Positions 47,207 through 57,012 of a stretch of 64,000 nucleotides of DNA are shown here, one piece after another. The stretch comes from Candidatus Sumerlaeaceae bacterium. Its GTDB lineage: Bacteria > Sumerlaeota > Sumerlaeia > Sumerlaeales > Sumerlaeaceae. Position 1 is the first letter of the stretch. Each line of letters starts with the position of its first letter. Position numbers and translations under genes: made by a program. The stretch lies in contig JBPCLP010000025.1 in assembly GCA_051003195.1 (NCBI GenBank), positions 96,001 to 160,000 on the forward strand, given 5' to 3'. The notes beneath the pieces are model-generated. The model made no database searches. It was not told the origin of the DNA and saw nothing but the letters and a program-made list of their open reading frames with translations.

Positions 47207-47277
47207 CGGTACTCCTTCGCTTTAACTACGATATGCCGTATGCCAGCCGATAATCACATGCACCGAGTGTACCAATG

Positions 47278-47509
47278 CTAGTGAGGTGTCCCAGAGATTC
47301 ATAACGAAATTTGCGCGCTTTCCGGCGCCCCTTCAGGGCGCGATGTAATTGTACCGATATCCCAGGGCTGCGTCGGCCACAAAAAGCCGTGGCCTCCTTA
47401 CCCTGGGCTCTGTCCCGCTGCACCTTCGGTGCAAAAAACCTGAGGGCTGCGAATTCCAAAAAGCTGGAATCCTGGAAGTATGCCGCGAAATTCTAAGACA
47501 GCATACGAG
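47278..47509. mobile_element. MITE-like element (family B), copy 2
   Basis: Starts CTAGTGAGGTGTCCCAGAGATTC; shares TTTCCGGCGCCCCTTCAGGGCGCGA, CCCTGGGCT and CCGCTGCACCTTCGGTGCAAAAA with 45421-45618. Confidence 0.7.
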
Positions 47510-47525
47510 TGTATCGAGCATTGCG

Positions 47526-48704
47526 TCACCAGTCGCCAACGCTGCCGTCGGGATAGAATGTGCGCTGCAGGACTTCCTGCTGGAACGGGTGTTTTTTCAC
47601 TTCGGTTTCGTTGATCTCAATCCCAAGGCCGGGTCGATTGCCGGGGCGTACAATGCGGCCCTTCTTCTCCACGGTGAAGGCTTCGCTGACGACATCCTGC
47701 CGCCATGGCACATCCATGTGCACCGTTTCGCAGATGATGTAAGATGGCGTGGCGAAGCCGAACTCGAGCGAGGCTGCAGTGCTAACGGGCCCCTGCGGAT
47801 TATGCGGCGCGACGGCCATGCGATAGGCCTCGGCCATGGCAGCGATGCGGCGCGCTTCGGTGAGGCCGCCGCAATGCGTGATATCGGGCTGGATGACGCT
47901 GCACGCGCGACGCTCGAACAGCTCGCGGAACGCATGAACGGTGACGAGGCGCTCGCCGGTGGCGATGGGTGTGGTGACTGCGCGCTGGATGAGGGCGATA
48001 TCTTCGATGGTCTCCGGCCAGCACGGCTCTTCCAACCAGTAGAGCCCGTAGGGTTCGAGCGATTTGGCGAACATCATTCCCATGCGAGGGGAGGGGCGCG
48101 CGTGACAATCGACCATCAGGTCTATGTCGTCGCCCACGGCTTCGCGCATCGCGGCAACGCACTTCTCGGCGTAGCGGATAGGGCGCAGGCCTTCCAGCGG
48201 CATGGTTTCCGGCACCGCCATTGTTTTCATCGCGGTAAAGCCATCTTCCACGGCCTGCTTCGCGAGATCGGCAAATCGACCGGCATCGGATGGCGATGTC
48301 TCGTAGAAATCCTCCATCCGACCGCCGCCAAGGTGCGAGTACGTGCGGATGTAGTCGCGCACGGGTCCGCCCCAGAGCTTGTGGCAGGGAACGCCGTGGA
48401 CTTTTCCGACGATGTCCCACAAGGCGATGTCGATGCCGCTGATGGCGGTGCCGCGGACGATTCCGTTGCCATGCCAGAAATGCTGGCGGTACATCATCTG
48501 CCACAGGTGCTCGACGCGGGTGGGGTCTTCGCCGATCAGCAGTTGCGAGATGTCCTCGATAGCGCCGACGACGGCGCGCGTGTGCCACTCCAGCGTCGCC
48601 TCGCCCCAGCCAATCAGACCGGGCTGGTCGGTGACGACTTTTACGAAGATCCAGTTGCGCATGCGGGCGTTGCAAACGAGGGTTTCGATGGCGGTAATTT
48701 TCAT
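47526..48704 (-). CDS. dgoD: Galactonate dehydratase-like enzyme (enolase/mandelate racemase superfamily)
   Basis: [61 protein letters not shown]. Confidence 0.85.
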   Translation of the reverse strand: MKITAIETLVCNARMRNWIFVKVVTDQPGLIGWGEATLEWHTRAVVGAIEDISQLLIGEDPTRVEHLWQMMYRQHFWHGNGIVRGTAISGIDIALWDIVGKVHGVPCHKLWGGPVRDYIRTYSHLGGGRMEDFYETSPSDAGRFADLAKQAVEDGFTAMKTMAVPETMPLEGLRPIRYAEKCVAAMREAVGDDIDLMVDCHARPSPRMGMMFAKSLEPYGLYWLEEPCWPETIEDIALIQRAVTTPIATGERLVTVHAFRELFERRACSVIQPDITHCGGLTEARRIAAMAEAYRMAVAPHNPQGPVSTAASLEFGFATPSYIICETVHMDVPWRQDVVSEAFTVEKKGRIVRPGNRPGLGIEINETEVKKHPFQQEVLQRTFYPDGSVGDW

Positions 48705-48714
48705 GAAAGCAATC

Positions 48715-49159
48715 GCCGCAAAAAAGCACAAAGGGCACAAAAAGGATCAGGATAGAACATATTTTTTTATCTCCAGTTTGGGTCCGCCGAAGTTTATGAG
48801 CAGTCCGTGCTCAATACGGCAGGCTCTGAGATATCCAAGAAGTTGGGCTACATGTTCGTCGATAATCGCTCTACATGCTTTTAATTCAACAACGAGACAC
48901 TGCTCAACAAACAGATCGACCGCGTAGGACCCCAGTAGAGTGCCGTCTTCGTCATATACGCTAAGAGGATACTGCTGCTCAACCTGGAGTCCTAGCTTAC
49001 GTAACCGGTTTGCAAATCCATTCTCGTATATTTTCTCAAGATGCCCATTTTTATGGTAAGTATGAAGTGCGAAGCTTGTTTCGCGAACCTGATCGCAAAG
49101 AAGAACAATTGGATCCTTCATGATGTGCCCTTTTTGTGACTTTTGTGCCTTTTTGTGGC
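48715..49159. repeat. 31-bp imperfect inverted repeat enclosing the GxxExxY gene
   Basis: 48715-48745 GCCGCAAAAAAGCACAAAGGGCACAAAAAGG versus reverse complement of 49129-49159 GCCACAAAAAGGCACAAAAGTCACAAAAAGG (27 of 31 match). Confidence 0.85.
48747..49121 (-). CDS. GxxExxY protein (PD-(D/E)XK nuclease-like)
   Basis: GHLEKIY motif, DLFVE..LVVELKA, AQLLGYL, GLLINFG; lower GC than its neighbours. Confidence 0.92.
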   Translation of the reverse strand: MKDPIVLLCDQVRETSFALHTYHKNGHLEKIYENGFANRLRKLGLQVEQQYPLSVYDEDGTLLGSYAVDLFVEQCLVVELKACRAIIDEHVAQLLGYLRACRIEHGLLINFGGPKLEIKKYVLS

Positions 49160-50892
49160 TAGAATCGCCCGCTGAAGGTGATGACGAGTGCAAGGATGCC
49201 GAGCACAAAAAGCGCCCACCACAGGGTAATGTTGTTATACCATCGGTCGCCAAGGTCCTCGGTAATGTTCAACTTGCGCCAGTTGATCGTCATGTCGTCG
49301 TTCACCTGCTCCGGGCGCGGCCGCGGGGTGAGCAGGCTGACGGTTACGCACACGGTAACGCACAGCAGCCAATTTACGAAGGCTTGCATGGCGTAGGGCT
49401 TCAACCATGGTAACAGATCGGGCCATTTTGCCACGACGATTTTCATGAAGATGCCCGCGGTGAATCCGACCACAACCGCGGCAATTGCACCAGGTCCGTT
49501 GATGCGACGGGACAGCACTCCCAGCAGAAAGATCGCGGCAAACGGTGGTGCAAAAAACGCGTACATGGTTTGGATGTAGACGAACAGTCCGCCACCGAAG
49601 AACTTGCTGATATTTTCAATGTTACGCGCCAGCACCATGGCGATGCAGAGGATGACGCCGGTGGTGACGATCCCAACGTTGACGTAATGGCGGTCAGGCG
49701 CGTCCCGTCGCATCCAACGCCGGTACATGTCCATCGTGAACATAGCCGAGGTGGAGTTGAGCACAGACGTTACTGTGGACTGGATGGCGCCAAACAGTGC
49801 CGCCAGGAAGAATCCAAGCAGTCCGGCGGGCATCAGTGTTTGCAGCATGTGGATATATGCCTGGTCTCGCTCCTTCACGGTGACGCCGGCGGGCTGAAGC
49901 AGCAGTTCCGGCGCCTTTGCGAACAGGATGAGTCCGGGGACCACAACGATCGCGGGCATCAGGATTTTCATAAATCCGGCGAGCACGATACCCATGCGCG
50001 CATGCCACATATTGCGTGCGCCCAGCACGTTCTGGATCATGTACTGGTTGATAACGTTGTACCACAGGCCGACTGACAACCAGCCTACCAGAAGCTGTGG
50101 CCATGGGTTGGTGGCGTGGGTAATGGGCTGAATGACGGAGAGGCGGTTATAGTCGTCCATGCGTACGATGTTCTGTGCGTTCTTCGCAACAGCTTCCGCC
50201 CATACACCGCTTTTTGCCGTGTTGCGCTCGATCATGATGCGCCATCCCTCAACCAGCGAGTGTGAATCGCCAGAGAGCATATAGAGGCCAAGGATGGTGA
50301 CGGTCAGCCCGCCGGTCACCATCACAATGACGGTAAAGAAATCCGTCCACGCGACCGACAGCAAGCCTCCATACATTGCCCACATAGCCGATGCGATTCC
50401 AATCGCGACGATACAGTAGGTAAGGTCCCAGCCGAACAGCTCGCGCAATGCCAGCCCGCCGCCGTACAGAACACCGGCGAGGGCGGCCACGATGTTGCTG
50501 ATGATGCTGACAACGGCGAAGAACTGCCGGAGAAATGGATGGAAGCGCTTCTCAAGAAATTCGGGAGTGGTAAGAACTTTGGACGAAAGCAGCCGCGGAA
50601 TGAAGAACCAGATGAGCAACGAGAAGGTCCATACGTTACCCCATTCCTGCGCCGAAACGCAGATACCGAACACATAGGCTGCGCCGACCATGCCGATGAA
50701 GTGTTCGCTGCTGATGTTCGCCGCGATGAACGATCCACCGATGACGTACCATGGGAGCGTTCGCCCGGCGAGGAAGTAGTCGTCGGCTTTGTGCTTCTTT
50801 TTACGCCCAACCCACAAGCCCACGGCGCACAAGCCGGTAAAGTAGATCGCGAAGACTACATAGTCGAGGGTCTGCAGGCTAAAACCGGTCAT
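49159..50892 (-). CDS. Sodium:solute symporter (SSS, sugar-type)
   Basis: DYFLAGRTLPW, AANISSEHFIG, YGGLLSVAWTD, LNSTSAMFTMD; start placed at ATG 50892. Confidence 0.93.
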   Translation of the reverse strand: MTGFSLQTLDYVVFAIYFTGLCAVGLWVGRKKKHKADDYFLAGRTLPWYVIGGSFIAANISSEHFIGMVGAAYVFGICVSAQEWGNVWTFSLLIWFFIPRLLSSKVLTTPEFLEKRFHPFLRQFFAVVSIISNIVAALAGVLYGGGLALRELFGWDLTYCIVAIGIASAMWAMYGGLLSVAWTDFFTVIVMVTGGLTVTILGLYMLSGDSHSLVEGWRIMIERNTAKSGVWAEAVAKNAQNIVRMDDYNRLSVIQPITHATNPWPQLLVGWLSVGLWYNVINQYMIQNVLGARNMWHARMGIVLAGFMKILMPAIVVVPGLILFAKAPELLLQPAGVTVKERDQAYIHMLQTLMPAGLLGFFLAALFGAIQSTVTSVLNSTSAMFTMDMYRRWMRRDAPDRHYVNVGIVTTGVILCIAMVLARNIENISKFFGGGLFVYIQTMYAFFAPPFAAIFLLGVLSRRINGPGAIAAVVVGFTAGIFMKIVVAKWPDLLPWLKPYAMQAFVNWLLCVTVCVTVSLLTPRPRPEQVNDDMTINWRKLNITEDLGDRWYNNITLWWALFVLGILALVITFSGRF

Positions 50893-50922
50893 CGGTATTC
50901 TGAATGAGGAAAATGGAATGGG

Positions 50923-50959
50923 GAACGTGAAGAGCGAAGAGCGATGAGCGAAAAGCGAA
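50923..50959. repeat. Short tandem heptamer repeat
   Basis: GAAGAGC GAAGAGC GATGAGC GAAAAGC GAA. Confidence 0.6.
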
Positions 50960-51024
50960 TCTGTGCACAGCACACCGTTTGAGAATTTCGTGGATCTTTG
51001 CGGCTGTTGCGCTGTGGTTCCATT

Positions 51025-51885
51025 TTAGTCCGCCTTCTCATCCACGCACACCTGCCGCTGTGTGCCAAGGCCGTCGATCCCGAGTTCCATTACGTCACCC
51101 GCTTTCAGGTACGTCGGGGGTTTCATACCGAGACCAACACCTGGCGGTGTGCCGGTGGAGATGATGTCTCCCGGTAGTAAGGTCATAAACTGGCTGAGGT
51201 ACGAGATGAGGAACGGTACCCGGTACACCATCGTCGAGGTCGATCCATTCTGGCGCTTTTCCCCATTCACGTTCAGCCACATTCCAAGAGTACCAGGTTC
51301 TGGCACTTCGTCGGGCGTGACAATCCAGGGTCCCACTGGCGAGAAGGTGTCACAGCTCTTCCCCTTCACCCACTGTCCCTCGCGTTCCAACTGGTAACTG
51401 CGCTCGCTGATGTCGTTCACAATCGTAAAGCCGGCGACGTAATCCATTGCCTCAGTTTCACGGATACGTTTTGCGCGCCGCCCGATCACGACAGCCAGTT
51501 CCACTTCCCAGTCGGTTTTCAGGCTGCCGAGCGGAATCATCACGTCGTCGTTTGGACCACACAGCGACGTTGTCGATTTCATGAACACAACAGGCTCGCT
51601 GGGAACCTTAGCTCCGGATTCGGCCGCGTGGTCTGCATAGTTAAGCCCAATGCAGATGATTTTGCTGGGATCTGCAATGGGCGGACCAATGCGCCCGGGG
51701 TTTTCGACTCGCGGCGCGGCTTGCGTATTGGCGGCGAGCCACTCCCCCACCCTGGCGATTGCATCATCTGCGATGGTGGAGCGCGACCAGTCTGAGATCA
51801 CCCCCGAGACATCGACGAACCCACCGTCGGGCAGAATAACTGCCGGTTTTTCGCGGCCCGGCTCACCAAAACGCATCAGCTTCAT
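51025..51885 (-). CDS. Fumarylacetoacetate hydrolase family protein
   Basis: KIICIGLNYADH, DWEVELAVVIG, NDISER, GKSCDTF, GDIISTGTPPGVG. Confidence 0.93.
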   Translation of the reverse strand: MKLMRFGEPGREKPAVILPDGGFVDVSGVISDWSRSTIADDAIARVGEWLAANTQAAPRVENPGRIGPPIADPSKIICIGLNYADHAAESGAKVPSEPVVFMKSTTSLCGPNDDVMIPLGSLKTDWEVELAVVIGRRAKRIRETEAMDYVAGFTIVNDISERSYQLEREGQWVKGKSCDTFSPVGPWIVTPDEVPEPGTLGMWLNVNGEKRQNGSTSTMVYRVPFLISYLSQFMTLLPGDIISTGTPPGVGLGMKPPTYLKAGDVMELGIDGLGTQRQVCVDEKAD

Positions 51886-52034
51886 TCGTATTCTTCGAAC
51901 TCCATTCTGAAAGGAAACGGTTGCAGAGCGAATGCGGGGCAGACAATTCACAAGTTCAAAAGCTTAGCTCGTGTGCGACTTTCAAATGCGTCGAAGTCGA
52001 CATGCACCATAGACATTAACTTCCAGGACCACCT

Positions 52035-53294
52035 ATGATTTCCAGGCTATCCGGTTGTGCCGCTGCGCTGCTCATTTTCAGCTGCGTTAATGCCCCAGGC
52101 GCGCCGTCGAAGGTCACCTTCGACGAAAACGGCGTGCTGCAGATTGATGGTCGCAAAGAATTCGTGATTTCATTCAGCATCCCGCCGCCGCCCGGGGGAA
52201 AGACGCCAGATGGCAAAGATGGATGGGCTGAGCTGAAGGAAGCGGGCACCAATTTCTTTCGGATCGCCGCGCGCAAAGACGAACCGCAGGGCGGCGAAGC
52301 TGCAATCCGCAGGCTGCAAGGGTGCCTGGATGCCGCGGCGCAACACGGCATGCACTGCTGGGTGACGATGAACGAGTTGCCCAGCATCAAACCGGGCGAC
52401 ACGGAAAAAGAACAGAAGCTACGCGCAATGATTGCGCGGTTCAAAGATCATCCAGGGCTTGGAGCATGGAAGGGATATGACGAGCCGGCATGGGTAAAAA
52501 TGCCGCACGAACCACTGGTGGCTGCTTACAAGATCTTCAAGGAGATGGATCCGCACCATCCAGTAATTATTATCCAGGCACCGACCAAGGCATCGTTGCC
52601 GCTGGAGCCTTATGCCGCGGCGGGTGACGTGTTTGGAGTAGACATTTATCCGGTCGCATACCCGCCCGGAAGGCACTCGGATTTTGGGAATCGGGAACTG
52701 AGTGTGGTGTCGGATTGCACGAAATGGATTCGCGCCGCAGTCCCGGGCAAGCCAACATGGATGACGCTGCAGGTGGCGTGGGGAGGCGTTGCATCGACAG
52801 GTAAGCGGTTGCGGTTCCCCAGTTTCCATCAACAACGGTATATGGCTTATGCCGCCGTCATAAATGGAGCGCGGGGCTTGAACTGGCAGGGACCTGCGCT
52901 GCCATCGACGCTAAACGAGACTGATGCACCGCTGGAATGGAACTGGACGTATTGGCGCAAAGTGCAGAAAGCACTGGTGGAGGAACTTGGCGTGGACAGC
53001 CGTGTTAATCCCGCGCTGGTGATTGCAGACTCGAAGATGCCGGTGAAGGTAGAGGGAGCCGACGACGTCGAGTTCTGCGTTCGCGAAGTTGGCGATGAAA
53101 TCTTCGTGCTGGCCGCAAAACGTGAGGGCGAGACGGCCAAGGTGAAGTTCACCGGCCTGACCATTCCCGACGGCGCGGGGGCCGTGCTATTCGAGGAGCC
53201 ACAGAAGGTTCAGGTGAGGGGTGGTACGTTTGAAGATTGGTTTGCGCCGAACGATGTGCATGTGTATTGTCTGAAACGGAGGGGGCATGAGTAG
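52035..53294 (+). CDS. Secreted hypothetical protein, putative TIM-barrel glycoside hydrolase
   Basis: Signal peptide; FKDHPGLGAW..YDEP, DVFGVDIYP and WMTLQ motifs resembling clan GH-A-like proteins. Confidence 0.6.
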   Translation: MISRLSGCAAALLIFSCVNAPGAPSKVTFDENGVLQIDGRKEFVISFSIPPPPGGKTPDGKDGWAELKEAGTNFFRIAARKDEPQGGEAAIRRLQGCLDAAAQHGMHCWVTMNELPSIKPGDTEKEQKLRAMIARFKDHPGLGAWKGYDEPAWVKMPHEPLVAAYKIFKEMDPHHPVIIIQAPTKASLPLEPYAAAGDVFGVDIYPVAYPPGRHSDFGNRELSVVSDCTKWIRAAVPGKPTWMTLQVAWGGVASTGKRLRFPSFHQQRYMAYAAVINGARGLNWQGPALPSTLNETDAPLEWNWTYWRKVQKALVEELGVDSRVNPALVIADSKMPVKVEGADDVEFCVREVGDEIFVLAAKREGETAKVKFTGLTIPDGAGAVLFEEPQKVQVRGGTFEDWFAPNDVHVYCLKRRGHE

Positions 53295-53647
53295 CGTGAC
53301 GTACGATGCCACAGGAACAAATCGCAGATGTTAGCCTGGATGGGTGTGCTGGCGCGTCGTCTGCGACAACTGTGACCGAAGCGATTTGATCGCTTCAAAG
53401 TTCCGCACGTGTCCCTGAGGTCCGATGGGCGCGCAGTTGTACTTCGCGCGATAATGGGCTTCACGCATGGCCAGCTTGCAGCCTTCGATAGCGGCTGCGA
53501 AGTCACGATGGCGAAGCGCCTGTCGGATATTGTCCCGCTGGCTATAAAGTTCTATACGTTCTGCCAGTTTGTGAAGGTCGTGCATGATGAATTATTGAGC
53601 GTAAAGCGTGCCGTGGGCGCGAAGTGCATGCGGTGGCAGGCGGAACT

Positions 53648-53849
53648 CGGAACGCGTTACTGGAGTTGTGCGGTTGGCCCAGGCTGAAGCCTGTACTCCG
53701 AACGAAGGCTGAAGCCTGTACTCCGGAACGATTGGTGGCTGGTGGGCTCCGGAACGCGTTATTGGAGTTGTGCAGTGGCCCAGGCTGAAGCCTGTACTCC
53801 GAACGAATCCTGAAGCCTGTATCCGGAACCTGTACTCCGGAACGATTGG
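53648..53849. repeat. Tandem REP-like cluster
   Basis: GGCTGAAGCCTGTACTCC at 53682, 53707 and 53783 plus two degenerate copies, within a roughly 100-bp tandem duplication (from 53648 and from 53750). Confidence 0.8.
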
Positions 53850-54671
53850 CTATAGCTTCATTCCGCCCATGGCAAGGCCGCCGACGAAGTGTCGTTGGAA
53901 ATACAGAAATATGAAAAAGGTCGGCAAAAAATTAATCGTCGCGGCGGCCATATTCAAGCCGAAGCTGGCGCTCGTGTCGGCAAATGTAGCCAGCCCGACG
54001 GTGAGTGGACGCATCGCCTCGCTCGTCGTAAAAATCAGCGGGAACAGAAAGCTGTTCCACGATGTGATGAAGCCCAGCGTCAGGAGTGTCGCGATGGCGG
54101 CTTTGCTCAGTGGCGCAATCACATGCTGCACTGTTTGCCATGGGTTGCAACCGTCCAGCGCGGCAGACTCCTCCAGGGTTTCGGGGATGGTATGCATGTA
54201 TTGCCGCATCAGGAAGATGCCGGTTACGCTGAGAAGGTGCGGCACCGTCAGTACCCAGTAGGTATCTATCCAATCAAAGGCATTCATCAACAGGTAGAGC
54301 GGGGCCAGCGTTACCTGGAATGGAATCATCAACGACGCTAGGAAGAGCCAGAAGATCGCCTCGCGCCCCCAGAACTGCTTGCGTGCAAACACGTAACCGA
54401 GCAGCAGCGACATGGCGGTGCTGATCGCGACGGGAATTGTTGAGATCAGCAAGGAATTGAAAGTCCATTGGAGCACAGAGGAACGTTTGAGCAGCACGCG
54501 GTAATTGTTGAACGTCGGGTGAGTGGGCACCCAGTCCCATGCACTGGTGAAATACGCACGGCTGTGCTGAAAAGATGCAGCGACCATGACAATAAATGGA
54601 CCGACCAGGATCAGCAGCAGCATAAGGCAAACCGCCCACCATACGACGCTGCTCAGCACGGGCTTGCGCAT
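53850..54671 (-). CDS. Carbohydrate ABC transporter permease (MalG-like)
   Basis: FLMRQYMHTIPETLEESAALDG EAA loop, WNSFLFPLI. Confidence 0.93.
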   Translation of the reverse strand: MRKPVLSSVVWWAVCLMLLLILVGPFIVMVAASFQHSRAYFTSAWDWVPTHPTFNNYRVLLKRSSVLQWTFNSLLISTIPVAISTAMSLLLGYVFARKQFWGREAIFWLFLASLMIPFQVTLAPLYLLMNAFDWIDTYWVLTVPHLLSVTGIFLMRQYMHTIPETLEESAALDGCNPWQTVQHVIAPLSKAAIATLLTLGFITSWNSFLFPLIFTTSEAMRPLTVGLATFADTSASFGLNMAAATINFLPTFFIFLYFQRHFVGGLAMGGMKL

Positions 54672-54673
54672 GG

Positions 54674-55609
54674 TCAGTACCAGTCCGCCGTTTTGCCCAG
54701 CCAGCGCTTCTGCACCCATGTTACCAGAAGCACCATCGCCAGAAGCACGTACGCCGACGCCGACGCGTAGCCCATTCTAAAATTCTCAAATCCAGCCTGG
54801 TAGATAAAATAGACAATGGTTGTCGTGGCGTAGCCAGGCCCGCCCTGGGTCAGCAGGTACGCGGAATCAAAAACCTGGAACGCACCAATTGTCGTGAGTA
54901 CGGCGACGAAGTAAATGGTTGGCCGCAGCAGCGGCAGGGTGATCTGCCGGAAGATACGCCATGGTCCCGCACCGTCGACGCGTGCCGCTTCGTAGAGAGG
55001 TTCCGGTATGCTCTGCAAGCCCGCGATAAAATACACCATGTTCCATGCGGCGCCTTTTAACAGCCCGAGCAAGGCGAGCAGCGGCAGCGCAAGTTGCGCA
55101 TCCTGAAGCCATCGGCGCGGCGGCAGACCGACTCCGCGCATGGCAACATTCGCCATCGAGGATGGATCCGCCTGGAACGTCCATTTGAAGATCAGGGCGA
55201 AGACCACAAACGAGGTAACTACCGGCAGGAAATACGCAGTTTTGAAAAAGCCTGCCGCGCGCGTGGAACGATTCACCAGCAGCGCCATCAGCAGCGGCAG
55301 CGCCATCATTGGTGGGACGTAGAACAGCGCGAACAGAAAAGTTCGTTTCAGCGCCTCGTGGAATTTCTGGCTGTGCCACAACTCGATGTAGTTCTCCAAC
55401 CCAACGAGGTTTGGTGTTCCGAGCACCTTCCAGTCGGTGAAACTCAGGAAGAAACTGGCTATCACGGGAAAGAGCGTGAAGACGCTGAAGTGGATCAGCG
55501 CCGGCACGACGATACATGCGACGAAAAGTTTTTCAGAGCCGTTGAGACGCCGCGCGGGGGTGACCGCACGTGAGACGCTCGCAGCAACTGGCGCGGCGGC
55601 GTTGCTCAC
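54674..55609 (-). CDS. Carbohydrate ABC transporter permease (MalF-like)
   Basis: VGLENY, AGLQSIPEPLYEAARVDGA, ITLPLLRP, MGYASA. Confidence 0.93.
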   Translation of the reverse strand: MSNAAAPVAASVSRAVTPARRLNGSEKLFVACIVVPALIHFSVFTLFPVIASFFLSFTDWKVLGTPNLVGLENYIELWHSQKFHEALKRTFLFALFYVPPMMALPLLMALLVNRSTRAAGFFKTAYFLPVVTSFVVFALIFKWTFQADPSSMANVAMRGVGLPPRRWLQDAQLALPLLALLGLLKGAAWNMVYFIAGLQSIPEPLYEAARVDGAGPWRIFRQITLPLLRPTIYFVAVLTTIGAFQVFDSAYLLTQGGPGYATTTIVYFIYQAGFENFRMGYASASAYVLLAMVLLVTWVQKRWLGKTADWY

Positions 55610-56904
55610 TTTTTCTGATCCGCGATGAGAAATTCATTGGCAGCGGCCGCGCCATCCCTGATTGCCTGCTCCTCGGTCTTCTTGCCAAGGGCCGCCTGTT
55701 GGATCTCAGGCGCCAGCGCCTGCATGATCTGCCGCGCGTACACGCTTTTCACATCGGGACGGCAAAACTGCGCCTCCTTTTCCAGCGCGCTAAGTAGTGG
55801 ATCATCTGAATAGAGCGCACCAACGGACCGCCTCGGCGGTAGAAACCCGGTCGTGCGGCAAAACCGCTTCATATTATCAGTCCGGGTCAGAAAGCGCAGC
55901 CACAGCACGGTTTCCTCAGGATGTCGGGATGCCGCAAAAATACCGAAGCCGCCAATACTGCCATAGCTCGCGCGCTGCTTATATTTGAGTATCGGCGCGA
56001 CACCGAATCGCAACTTCGGTGCATCGCGCCGTAGCTGCTGAATCTCCAGCGGACCAACGCCCATGAAGTAACCGAGTTTTCCGGAGGGAAATTCCTGGCC
56101 CGGAACATCCGCCAGGTACGAACCGGGTATACACCCGTCCTTGAAGAGTCCCACAATAAACTTCAGAGCATCCATGCCGGCTGAACTGTCGAATGCCACG
56201 CGTCGTCCGTCCGGGCTCAGCACCTCCCCCCCGGCCTGCCACAGCAGCGGCCAAAAGGTCAGATTAAGCGTGTCACCCCCGAACACGTAACCGACCCCCC
56301 ATTGATCGGGGTGTCCGTCGCCATTGTGGTCCTGTGTCAACCTGTGTGCCGCAACGTCCAATTCCTGCCACGTGGCCGGAGGCCGCTCCGGGTCTAATCC
56401 GGCAGCCGCAAACAGGTCCTTGTTATAGAGCGAAGTGGTAACCGTCCGCAGAATCGGGAATACCCACTGGTGACCATTAAGTGTAATGCCATCCATCACC
56501 GCGGGATCGTAGTCCGCGCGGTCTTCACTCGTCATGTTATCATCGATCGGGCGCAGCAACTTCTCCGACACAAGCCTTGCCACAAGATCCAGGTTCAGGT
56601 ACACGGCATCGGGAGTTCGGTTGCCCGCTGCTGCCGTGATCATTTTCTGGATGCGCCCGGCCCAGGGCAGGGTTTCTATCTGGACCTTAATTCCAGGCTG
56701 CTCCTTCTCGAAATCGCGAACAAGCAGTTCGTACATCTCGCGATCACGAAGTTCCGGGAGCATGGGAAAGGTCCACATGCGCACGACCTTGCGCTTGCCT
56801 GCCTTTTCTGTCGAGCATCCGGCGAGCGCGAGCGCTAAACAGATGGCCGCGAGTCCGAGGACCAGTCCTCGCCGCAGTGGCGGTATGTCGAGCTTCGCAT
56901 CCAT
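55606..56904 (-). CDS. Sugar ABC transporter substrate-binding lipoprotein
   Basis: LAGC lipobox, LYNKDLFAAAGLDPERPPATWQEL; start placed at ATG 56904. Confidence 0.9.
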   Translation of the reverse strand: MDAKLDIPPLRRGLVLGLAAICLALALAGCSTEKAGKRKVVRMWTFPMLPELRDREMYELLVRDFEKEQPGIKVQIETLPWAGRIQKMITAAAGNRTPDAVYLNLDLVARLVSEKLLRPIDDNMTSEDRADYDPAVMDGITLNGHQWVFPILRTVTTSLYNKDLFAAAGLDPERPPATWQELDVAAHRLTQDHNGDGHPDQWGVGYVFGGDTLNLTFWPLLWQAGGEVLSPDGRRVAFDSSAGMDALKFIVGLFKDGCIPGSYLADVPGQEFPSGKLGYFMGVGPLEIQQLRRDAPKLRFGVAPILKYKQRASYGSIGGFGIFAASRHPEETVLWLRFLTRTDNMKRFCRTTGFLPPRRSVGALYSDDPLLSALEKEAQFCRPDVKSVYARQIMQALAPEIQQAALGKKTEEQAIRDGAAAANEFLIADQKK

Positions 56905-57012
56905 GGGCGACGCAGCCCTGCCGTTGACAGCATGCAGGTGCAATGTAAAATTCCTTCTGCGTACACGGATGCAATCTTGCAGTCCGATATCTCGGCGCCA
57001 CGCTGCAACCGA

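Noticed and set aside
47349..48755. 468-aa + strand ORF
   Set aside because: Antisense to the dehydratase gene and starts inside a repeat element
53331..53585. 84-aa - strand ORF
   Set aside because: Could be a small gene or a fragment, but there is no motif or clear support to call it
53648..53849. Possible CRISPR array
   Set aside because: Units are about 18-24 bp with irregular spacing, the intervening sequence is itself duplicated, and no cas genes are present; it fits a REP cluster
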